A stretch of DNA of 64,000 nucleotides. It comes from an uncultured Phycisphaerales bacterium (GTDB lineage Bacteria > Planctomycetota > Phycisphaerae > Tepidisphaerales > Tepidisphaeraceae). Position 1 is the stretch's first letter. The number at the start of each line of letters is the position of its first letter. The stretch covers positions 4,064,001 through 4,128,000 of the forward strand of contig CAVWVQ010000003.1 in the NCBI GenBank assembly GCA_963758525.1. The letters are read 5' to 3'. The translations under genes were made by a program, and so were the position numbers. Positions 55,545 through 64,000 of this stretch are shown here, piece after piece. The notes beneath the pieces are model-generated. The model was not told where the DNA came from. It saw only the letters and a program-made list of their open reading frames with translations, and ran no database searches.

Positions 55545-55731
55545 GCGTTATTGGATAATGCTCAAATCCTCTTCGGCAGCCGGAAGGCGTGGACTCAAGT
55601 TTGAGGATGTGCACGCTCGCGTTTTGGGCACGATAATCTGGCGCGAGCCAGCTCAAGCGTATTGGGAAAACGGAAGACACGTTGTTATCGGCGGTTATTT
55701 CCGCATAAGCGAAGATGGCGGGGCATTTCCT

Positions 55732-55758
55732 TTAAGGCCTGCGATGAGCATCCGATAC
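55732..55758 (+). promoter_or_regulatory. Sigma-28-like promoter for the kinase-STAS-ATPase operon
   Basis: TTAAG-N14-TCCGATAC. Confidence 0.5.
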
Positions 55759-55798
55759 AAAGCTAGTGATATGAGCTTTATGGGGGTTGCAGGAGTAG

Positions 55799-57634
55799 GT
55801 GACCTTGATTGCCGAACTTGTTCCTTTTCACTGGCGCTTTCGACTCCTCGAACGAGGTGAGCGCGGAGTGGCATTTCTGGGAATCGCCCTTGCGCTGATT
55901 CTTGTGGTCTGCTTCACGGCGAATGCGTGGCTGACGGATCGAGCCAATAAGGAATCAGCCGCGAACCAAAGACTTGCCACGATGACTGCGATTGGACCTG
56001 TGCTAAGCGAACGCTCGCAGCGACTGCTTGCCGCCGGTGATCTGGCTGGACTTCGGCAGCTGACGGCCACCGTGGGGCGGGCGCTCAGGCTCAATGCCTG
56101 CACGGTTTCGATCGGATCCGGCCGCGTTCTTGCTGACATATCGCCTGCCGGAGTCAACGTATTCGAGCTTCCTGATCACTGGACCGTCGATGCGTCGGAA
56201 GAGGCTCCGGTGAACGCGAACAGCGGCACGCGGCTTCGATTCCCATTTGCCGTGCCCGGCAAAGGCGCCGGCTTTCTGGACCTGGAGGCCTCAACCGCGG
56301 CGGCAAAGGACGACTCCAATTTCGGCCCGTCGGCGTTGGTATGCGCATTCGGCCTGTGCCTGCTCGTCTTCGTCTACCGGCGCAGTCGACGGGGATTGGC
56401 GGAAATGGAGATCATCAGCAGCTCGCTCTCAGCCATCGACCGCGGGGAGACTTCCAGCACTGCGTTGAAAGTTGATGCAACGCTGGGTCCGATCGCGGCG
56501 GCGTGGAACAAGCTGTTGAGCGAGGTGGATGAGCTGCGTCAGCGCGGCACTGCCAACCAGGCGGTTGTCGCCATCGGGAACCGGCGCGCAGGCGGAAATA
56601 ATCTTGAGGCGGCATGCGACGCGATGTCACAGGGGCTTCTGCTTGTCGACGACAAGATGCGGGTTCGTTTTTCGAACGGCGCCGCATGCACTTTTCTGAA
56701 GCTCGATCGAACTTCGCTGGCGGGCATCGCTGCCGCGAATCTGGTTCAGGATCCGAAATATCGCGACGCGATCGTTGCGATCGCGGGTGGCAAGCTGCGT
56801 CGCCCCGTGACACTGGAGCTTGAGCAATCCAGTGACTCGGGGAACGGGGTGTTGCGGTTTTGCATTCGCCCTGTGCGGCGCGGGGACGCGGACTCGGCGA
56901 TGATTATCATCGAAGACATCACCCAGCAGCGCACCGCCGAGAAAGCGCGGAACACCTTTATTACCCAGGTGACTCACGAGCTGCGGACACCGCTGACGAA
57001 CATCCGACTTTATACTGAAACAGCCATTGAGGAAGGGGAGAAGAACCCGCAAGTGCGTGCCAATTGCCTGAACGTAATTAATCAGGAATCCCGCCGGCTC
57101 GAACGAATCGTCAGTGAGATGTTGTCGGTTGCGGAGATCGAAGCGGGATCGAGCACGGTGCACCGGGACGAGGTGTACTTCGATGTGCTGGTGAAGGAGC
57201 TTGAGACTGATTACCGCGCTCAGGCTGAAGAGAAGCACATTTCCCTGGAGTTCAGCATCTCGCCAAAAATTCCCAAACTTCTGGCTGATAAAGACAAGCT
57301 GGCGATCGCATTGCACAACCTTATTGGCAACGCGCTCAAGTACACGCCCGACGGGGGCAAAGTCACGGTGAGCGTCGATGTTCGCGACGGCCAGCTTGCG
57401 ATCGACGTCGCGGACACGGGAATCGGAATCAAACCGGAGGAGACCGAGAAGATCTTCGATCGGTTCTTCCGGTCGACCGATTCGCGGGTGGGCAAGATCG
57501 TGGGCACGGGGCTGGGGCTGACCCTGGCTCGTGAAGTCATGAGATTGCACGGCGGGGATGTGACCGTGGAATCGATCATCAACCGCGGCAGCACTTTTAC
57601 CGCCACCATTCCTCTGGCCAACGCGGCAGCATGA
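55799..57634 (+). CDS. Membrane sensor histidine kinase (PAS, HisKA, HATPase)
   Basis: HELRTPL, NLIGNALKY, DTGIGI and GTGLGL motifs; two TM segments. Confidence 0.93.
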   Translation: MTLIAELVPFHWRFRLLERGERGVAFLGIALALILVVCFTANAWLTDRANKESAANQRLATMTAIGPVLSERSQRLLAAGDLAGLRQLTATVGRALRLNACTVSIGSGRVLADISPAGVNVFELPDHWTVDASEEAPVNANSGTRLRFPFAVPGKGAGFLDLEASTAAAKDDSNFGPSALVCAFGLCLLVFVYRRSRRGLAEMEIISSSLSAIDRGETSSTALKVDATLGPIAAAWNKLLSEVDELRQRGTANQAVVAIGNRRAGGNNLEAACDAMSQGLLLVDDKMRVRFSNGAACTFLKLDRTSLAGIAAANLVQDPKYRDAIVAIAGGKLRRPVTLELEQSSDSGNGVLRFCIRPVRRGDADSAMIIIEDITQQRTAEKARNTFITQVTHELRTPLTNIRLYTETAIEEGEKNPQVRANCLNVINQESRRLERIVSEMLSVAEIEAGSSTVHRDEVYFDVLVKELETDYRAQAEEKHISLEFSISPKIPKLLADKDKLAIALHNLIGNALKYTPDGGKVTVSVDVRDGQLAIDVADTGIGIKPEETEKIFDRFFRSTDSRVGKIVGTGLGLTLAREVMRLHGGDVTVESIINRGSTFTATIPLANAAA

Positions 57635-57640
57635 GGTCCT

Positions 57641-57976
57641 ATGAAACTGCTCCAGCAGCGGCACGGCGCCGTTACCATGCTCAAGCCCGAAGGGCCGCTG
57701 ATCGAAGCGGCAGCGAGCGAATTCGATAAAGCTGCGCGCGGTCTGGTGACTGCGACACTCGGCCGGTTTGTGGTGGACATGTCAGCGGTCCCATTCGTCG
57801 ACAGCGTGGGCCTGGAGACTCTGCTGGGACTCACGGAATTGTTGGAAGAAAGCGGTAAGGTGCTCAAGCTCTGCGCGGTCAACAAGACCGTCCGCCAGGT
57901 CTTCGAACTTACGGAAATTGACTCGTTATTCGATCATTTTGAGGACGTTAATACAGCGGTGAGAAGCTTCCTGTGA
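57641..57976 (+). CDS. STAS-domain anti-sigma-factor antagonist
   Basis: VVDMSAVPFVDSVGL with the conserved phospho-Ser. Confidence 0.9.
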   Translation: MKLLQQRHGAVTMLKPEGPLIEAAASEFDKAARGLVTATLGRFVVDMSAVPFVDSVGLETLLGLTELLEESGKVLKLCAVNKTVRQVFELTEIDSLFDHFEDVNTAVRSFL

Positions 57977-59748
57977 CATTACCAGCTAAAAAGCTGAAGA
58001 TAGGCGATGCGCTGTTGAGCCAGGGGGCGATCTCCAGCGAACAGCTCCACCGCGCGCTGGCTGAACAGCGCGCCACCGGACGAATGCTGGGCCAGGTTCT
58101 GGTCGAGCAGGGAGTCATCACCGGCGCAACGCTCGTGCAGGTGCTGGCTCAGACTCTCAATGTGCAGGGCGTGCATCTCCGGCACGGACTGATTGATCCG
58201 GCAGTCATGAAATTGATTGGCGAGGAGGAGGCAGAACGACTGCTCGCCATTCCGATGTTCAAAGTTCGGGACACGATTACCGTCGCGATGGCCGAGCCGC
58301 AGTCGCTGCCGGCCATCGACCGATTACGCCAGTTGACCGGATGCAAAGTCCGGCCGATTCTGGCCCTGGAAAGCAATATTCGCGAGTTCGTCAGCAAATA
58401 CGCTGGCGGCGAGGTCAACGTCGACGCGTTTCTCTCATCCCTGAGCGAATCGGACGTTGAGGTCGTGGAGCGCGAAGCGACCGACGAAGGCCCGGTCACT
58501 GATCTGGACCGGATGGTTGCGGGCAGCCCGATCATCAATCTCGTGAACGTCGCATTCATGACCGCGATCCGTGATCACGCCAGCGACATCCACATCGAGC
58601 CGGACAAAAAGGGGACTCGCATCCGGTACCGGATAGACGGCGTGCTCCGTGACTTGATGAAGCCGCCGGGAGGAATGCACGGCTCAGTGGTTTCGCGGGT
58701 GAAAGTGATTTCGAAAATGGACATCGCCGAGAAGCGATTGCCCCAGGAAGGCCGCGTCCGCCTGATCGCCGAGGGGCGGGAGATCGATTTGCGCGTATCG
58801 AGCATGCCGACATTGCTGGGCGAGAAGCTGGTAATCCGCATTTTGGACAAGGCCAATCTCCGCGTGAAAATGGAGGAACTCGGTTTTCGGGCGGAGGCGT
58901 TGGGGGTTTTCAAGCGAATTCTTCGTCAGCCGCATGGCTTGGTGCTGGTGACAGGCCCGACCGGGAGCGGCAAGACCACCACGCTCTACTCGGCGCTGGA
59001 TCTTCTGCGGAGCCCTGAACTCAACATTGTCACGATCGAAGATCCCGTCGAATATCAACTCGATCTAATCAATCAAATTCATGTTCACGACGCCATAGGG
59101 TTGTCCTTCGCGCGGGCACTGAGAAGCATCCTGCGCCAGGACCCCGATGTAATCATGGTCGGCGAGATTCGGGACGAGGAGACGGCCAGGGTTGCAGTCC
59201 AGGCGGCGCTCACCGGCCACCTGGTGCTGGCCACATTGCATACCAACGATGCGCCCGGAGCGGTGGCGCGTCTGCTGGACATGAATGTTGAGCCGTATCT
59301 GTTATCCAGCGCGATCAATGGGGTGGTCGCTCAAAGGCTGGCTCGAACGATCTGCCCGGCGTGTGCGACGAAATACTATCCCGAAAGCGAAACTCTTCGC
59401 GATGCGGGCCTGGAGGCCAAGACCGGCCACGTGTTTCGCAAAGGGAGCGGATGCGCCAAGTGCCACGACAGCGGATTCCAGGGGCGAATGGGTGTTTATG
59501 AAGTGATGGAAGTAACTCCGGCCATGCGGCGAGTCATTCACCGCGGAGGCGGTTCGCATGAATTGCGCGAGCAGATGAAAATTCACGGCGGTTTGACGCT
59601 TCGCGAAGAGGGGGTGCTGCTCGCCATGGCGGGGAAGAGCAGCCTTGAGGAAGTAATCGGAATCACCCACACTGAAGACGAAACGATGGCAACTCCGGCG
59701 GCGTCAGACGCTCGTGGCGGAACTGCAAAAGAAGGGGTGGCCGCATGA
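57973..59748 (+). CDS. GspE/PilB family assembly ATPase with an MshEN-like N-terminus
   Basis: GPTGSGKTT, LRQDPDVIMVGEIRD and tetracysteine motifs; N-terminal KIGDAL..RMLGQVL. Confidence 0.95.
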   Translation: MTLPAKKLKIGDALLSQGAISSEQLHRALAEQRATGRMLGQVLVEQGVITGATLVQVLAQTLNVQGVHLRHGLIDPAVMKLIGEEEAERLLAIPMFKVRDTITVAMAEPQSLPAIDRLRQLTGCKVRPILALESNIREFVSKYAGGEVNVDAFLSSLSESDVEVVEREATDEGPVTDLDRMVAGSPIINLVNVAFMTAIRDHASDIHIEPDKKGTRIRYRIDGVLRDLMKPPGGMHGSVVSRVKVISKMDIAEKRLPQEGRVRLIAEGREIDLRVSSMPTLLGEKLVIRILDKANLRVKMEELGFRAEALGVFKRILRQPHGLVLVTGPTGSGKTTTLYSALDLLRSPELNIVTIEDPVEYQLDLINQIHVHDAIGLSFARALRSILRQDPDVIMVGEIRDEETARVAVQAALTGHLVLATLHTNDAPGAVARLLDMNVEPYLLSSAINGVVAQRLARTICPACATKYYPESETLRDAGLEAKTGHVFRKGSGCAKCHDSGFQGRMGVYEVMEVTPAMRRVIHRGGGSHELREQMKIHGGLTLREEGVLLAMAGKSSLEEVIGITHTEDETMATPAASDARGGTAKEGVAA

Positions 59749-60966
59749 ACCTGACCTATACGGGATTCAATCGGTCAGGCGCTGCTGTCGCAGACACCAT
59801 TGAAGCGCGCGACATCGTCGAGGCTTCCGAAAAGCTGCGCCGGCAGGGGGTGTATACCACTGAGATCCGGGATGCGGGTGCTAAACAGCCCCCCACCAAG
59901 CGCCATGCTACCTCCGCATTTGGCCACGGCGCGCGGCTGAAGCATGTTGCGATGTTCCTGCGGCAGTTGCACGTTCTGGTGGCGACCGGAACGCCGCTGA
60001 CCGAATCGCTGGTGGCGCTGGAGCGACAGTCGACGGATCCGAAATGGAAGCGCATCCTCTCGGATGTGCGCGAAAAAGTGGAACAGGGCGCGTCTCTGTC
60101 TGCCGCGATGGAAGCCCATCCGGCGCACTTCAATGGAATATGCCGCGGGTTGGTCGCAGCGGGAGAGAGCGGCGGAAATCTTGACGCGATGCTCGAACGA
60201 CTGGCGGTTCTGAGCCGAAAGCAGGTGCACGTTCGCAGCGCCATTATCGGCGCGATGATCTATCCCTGCCTGCTGTCGGTTGTCGCAGTGGCAGTCCTCA
60301 TCACGCTGCTGATTTTTGTTCTGCCGCAGTTCAGCGCGCTGTTTCGAACGCTCGACACGCCGTTGCCGCCCACCACCAAATTCCTGATGATGCTCAGCGA
60401 TCTTTTGCGCCTATTGGTGGGCGTTGCCGATCATCATCGCGGCGGGGGCTTTTGGGGCCTGGACCATGGTGCGAACTCCAGCGGGGCGGCGCGCCCTGGA
60501 CCGAATGGCGATCTCGCTGCCCCAATTCGGCGCCATCGTCCGCAGCTTCGCCACCGCGCGGATCGCTCGATTGCTCGGAATCCTTCTGCAGGGGCGTGTT
60601 CCCCTTCTGGATGCGCTCGCTCTCACGCGCGATTCGGCGACCAACTACTACTACAGGCAATTGTTGAGCAATGCCGGTGATGCAATCACGCGCGGCGACA
60701 CGCTTGCAGGCGCATTGAGCGATCCACGGTTGATACCGCCATCAGTCTGTGAAGCAGTGCGCAGTGGCGACAAAAGCGGCCAACTCGGAATGCTTCTCAG
60801 CACACTTGCAGATTTTCTGGATGAAGAAAACGAAGTGACGCTTCGCTCTCTCACCAGCATCATCGAGCCCATCATCCTCATCGTTCTGGGGGTTCTCGTG
60901 GGGTTTATTGCATTGAGCATGTTTATGCCGCTCTTTGATCTCACCGCGGCAACGAGGGGTGGGTAA
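59745..60966 (+). CDS. GspF/PilC platform protein (frameshift near 60410)
   Basis: AGESGGNL and AMIYP in 59745..60680; SIIEP..SMFMPLF in 60424..60966. Confidence 0.9.
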
Positions 60967-62005
60967 TGCGCCGACTACCATTCAAGACCTTGTCGCCCGT
61001 GGGCATCGATCTGGGCTCCCATTCCTTCAAAGCTGTTCAACTCATAAAGACCGCTCTGGGGTGGGACGTGAGTTCTTTGGTCGCATTACCGCGCGTTGTT
61101 CCCGGTGCGCCCTTGCGGCGTCGGAAGTCCGCCGTTTCAGGGACGTACTGGAGCGCAGGCGATTTGCCGGAAGAGATGTGGTTGTTGCAGTTCCCGCGGC
61201 GAGTCTGCTCACGACGATATTGGAATTGCCCGCCCGCGCACCAGGCCTTCCCCTGGAGCAGATAGCGACTGCTGAATTCGCCCGCGTCCATAAAAAGGAG
61301 GCGGCGCTGCTGACAATGTCCGCCTGGGAACTTCCCGCTCCGGCCCGCGCCAGCAAGGCAACGTATATGCTCGCGGTTGGCGCGCCATCAGACCAGTTGG
61401 AATCCCACATCGATCTGATCGAGTCAGCGGAGTTGAATGTAGTAGCCATTGAAGACCCTTCCTCGGCCGCGGCGCACGGTTGCCAGCATCGGGCCGGGCC
61501 GGCCACCGGAATGACGGCGGTAATCGATCTTGGTTGGGAGGCGGCGGCCCTGACGGTAATCAGGGAGAATACCGTTATCTATACCCGCAAGTTGGGGGAG
61601 GGCGGGCTGGCACGCCTGCATCAGGCGGCACTGGAGGCTGCATCGGGCGAGTTGGAGATTGTGGAGCATGAAATATGGCGCGTTGGATTTGCCGCGTCTG
61701 GCCAGCCTGATCTGCACAATACCGAATTGCTGGACGTTCTCGAATCGCACGTGGCGGCAATGCTGCGGGAGATTGTTCGGGCATTCGGTTACACCGCGCA
61801 TCAATATCCTGAAGCCGCGGTGTCGAAGGCCGTATTGATCGGTGGGGGAGCGGTCATACCGGGCATCGCGGAACGATTTCAGTCCGAGTCTGGAGTAACG
61901 ACCTCTGCGGGACTGGACGGGCATAACGCGGGCGCCGACCAGGCCATTGCGGCGCCGATGATCTCAGCATTAGGGCTGGCGCTCTGGCGGAAGGAGGCGC
62001 GGTGA
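60966..62005 (+). CDS. PilM-like protein (frameshift near 61115)
   Basis: VGIDLGSHSFKAVQ in 60966..61265; VIDLGW and LIGGGA in 60935..62005. Confidence 0.82.
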
Positions 62006-62598
62006 ATCATCAAAACCTAATGCCTCGCAAAAGGCTTGACGCGAAGCGCACACAGTACGCGATACGGCGCTGGGTATTAATCGACGGCGGTTATTGTGTC
62101 GTGCTCATTCTCGTGGCCGCGATTTACGCCCATTCGGCTTTGAGCCGGGCGGAGCGCGAGGGACGCAGCCCTGCCGTCGGGAGCATGGAGAAATACAATG
62201 CCACGCTGGGGATGCTTCGGCAGGAATCAACGGTCCAAAGGACAAATCTGCAGTCGGTTCTGCAACTCTCGCAACGTCCCGACTGGAGCATTCTGCTTGC
62301 AGCGGTTTCGCACGCCCTGGGGGACAATGTGGTTCTGAACGCGGTGGATTGCACGGAGGATCAGGCAGCCGCCCCCGCAGGTACGACGATCCGCGACAGC
62401 GTTCCGCTGCGTTTCCGAATAAGCGGAATCGGCCGCACCCAACAGGCGGTAATGCAGTTTGTTCTTCAGCTCCAAGACTTCAATTTCTTTTCGCGCGTGG
62501 AGTTGGTCCAGACAGCACCGCAAGCATTGCGGGGCTCTGATTGCGTCGGATTTCAGTTGGTCTGTGATCTTCAAGACATCCGCGGGAGTGGTGAATAA
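62002..62598 (+). CDS. PilN-like protein
   Basis: NLMP motif, TM, coiled coil, ISG...F..V.L. Confidence 0.75.
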   Translation: MNHQNLMPRKRLDAKRTQYAIRRWVLIDGGYCVVLILVAAIYAHSALSRAEREGRSPAVGSMEKYNATLGMLRQESTVQRTNLQSVLQLSQRPDWSILLAAVSHALGDNVVLNAVDCTEDQAAAPAGTTIRDSVPLRFRISGIGRTQQAVMQFVLQLQDFNFFSRVELVQTAPQALRGSDCVGFQLVCDLQDIRGSGE

Positions 62599-63200
62599 TG
62601 CGATTTAGCCGCTTCATTGGCGCAGCAAAGGTTGGCGCGATTGATGCCGCGGGAGTCGCCGTCGCGGCGGTGGGGACACTCGCTCTTGTTTTTGGAGCCA
62701 TCCTTCCCTTAAACGCTCGTAATCGTCAGCTCGCGGCACATTTTCAGACCGCCGCGCGCGAGCGACAACGTGTGGCTGGCATTGTGACGGAGATACGGAC
62801 GCTGACAAACGACGTCGCGAAGATGCGGACGCGGGTCGCCCAGTCGCCCCTGCGCATGCTGACGCAGCAGGCGCTGAATCAGCGACTGGCCGACCTGGCG
62901 GCGCTGTCCAGCACCTGTGATCTGCGGGTGGAAGACTTAAAGCCCGGCGAGCGCCACCAGATGACTCACCTCATGGTGGTTCCCATTCGCATGACTGGAC
63001 ACGGAACCTATCGGAACTGCGCCGCTTTTATCCATCTGCTGCACGAGCGGCAGGCCGATATCGACGTCCATGCCTTTAAGCTCTCGGGGAATCCCGATGA
63101 TCCGGGATCCCTCGGCAATTTCGATTTCGAACTCCGCTGGCTCGCAGCGCCCCAGGAGATATCCAACGCTTCCCCGATGACGACGGCTTCCCTGCCATAG
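62598..63200 (+). CDS. PilO/GspM-like protein
   Basis: TM, coiled coil, PIRMTGHGTY..F motif; position in the operon. Confidence 0.72.
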   Translation: MRFSRFIGAAKVGAIDAAGVAVAAVGTLALVFGAILPLNARNRQLAAHFQTAARERQRVAGIVTEIRTLTNDVAKMRTRVAQSPLRMLTQQALNQRLADLAALSSTCDLRVEDLKPGERHQMTHLMVVPIRMTGHGTYRNCAAFIHLLHERQADIDVHAFKLSGNPDDPGSLGNFDFELRWLAAPQEISNASPMTTASLP

Positions 63201-63239
63201 TCAGGGTCGGTTTCAGCCGACGATAAATCACACGCACCG

Positions 63240-63798
63240 ATGAAGCTGACCAAATCACAAAAGATCTATTTATCGCTCCTGGGCGTCGGGATCTGCGCTT
63301 GCGTGGGATCGCAATTTCGGCACTCCCGCCCGGATGGGGCCCGCGTCGGCAATGGGTACTTCCATGCCAGCAAATGACGCGGACAGCCTTGGGAAAGAGG
63401 CCCGCGCTGCGCAGCCGATCGTTGGGGTGACCGAAAGCAGCGTCGCGACACGCTTATTGGCCTTGCAGCGGGCAGGCGGGGCTTCGATCGAGGTTCGCGA
63501 TGCTTTCTCTCCGTCGACCGCGTGGATGGCGGGAGCAGAAAATTACCATGGCGGCGCGCCCGGCCGCCGCGCGCTCAACTTCCAATCCGGCCACCGCCTT
63601 AAGGCGATTGTGGAATCACGAAACGGCGGGCAGGCATGGGTCGATAATGACCTGGTCAGCGTGGGCCAGTCGATTGATGGGTTTGCGCTGATCTCGGTCG
63701 GTCGAATGGGAGCCGAATTTGCCGACGGGGATGCACGCGTGGAACTTCGATTGGAACCCGCCGAAACTGAAATACAGCAGCCTCTGCAGTCTCATTAA
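63240..63798 (+). CDS. Hypothetical PilP/GspB-like protein (frameshift near 63300)
   Basis: MKLTKSQKIYLSLLG start at 63240; C-terminal L.AI...AWVDNDLVSVGQSIDGF in 63334..63798. Confidence 0.55.
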
Positions 63799-63822
63799 AC
63801 ATATCAAACCCACCCAAAGGTA

Positions 63823-63850
63823 TTAAGCCTCCCGTTCGATTGGCCGATCT
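63823..63850 (+). promoter_or_regulatory. Sigma-28-like promoter for the prepilin gene
   Basis: TTAAG-N15-GCCGATCT. Confidence 0.55.
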
Positions 63851-63902
63851 TGCTGATACGAAGGTCGTCATAAGGCAAACGGTATCTTCAGAGGAGTCTC
63901 AA

Positions 63903-64000
63903 ATGAAGCGGAAGCTAAAAGTACGAGGCGGGTTCAGCCTGATCGAATTGGTGATCGTGGTGGTCATCATCGGGATTATCGCCGCGATCGCGATTCCGAA
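63903..64000 (+). CDS. Prepilin/pseudopilin (3'-partial)
   Basis: GAGGAG RBS; MKRKLKVRGG|FSLIELVIVVVIIGIIAAIAIP N-methylation motif. Confidence 0.9.
   Translation, partial: MKRKLKVRGGFSLIELVIVVVIIGIIAAIAIP

Overview
GC-rich bacterial chromosome segment, most consistent with a planctomycete (Phycisphaerae/Tepidisphaerales-like). This is an inference from the long PilM fusion, CxxCGYDL..CPECG motif and gene style. Left to right it contains: the 3' part of a large Ig-repeat surface protein; an internally deleted VapBC-type TA pair; smpB; a MoxR/DUF58/DUF4350/DUF4129/SpoIIM/RDD locus rich in zinc-finger motifs; convergent glnS and gltX; pssA-psd; a lone sdhB; a pilM locus; acnA; a ~380-bp tandem hairpin array inserted into a GxxExxY-nuclease remnant; ald-tdh-kbl; a ~15-kb glycosyltransferase/epimerase/methyltransferase locus (TIGR04290-type neighbourhood); a solo copy of the array element; a truncated large serine recombinase running into the 3' half of an initiator tRNA-Met (att site); and a T2SS/type IV pilus-like cluster with an embedded histidine kinase and STAS protein, preceded by four sigma-28-like promoters. 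About 15 single-base frameshifts, including one in acnA, suggest uncorrected long-read indels rather than true pseudogenes. All family calls come from motif recognition, not database searches.
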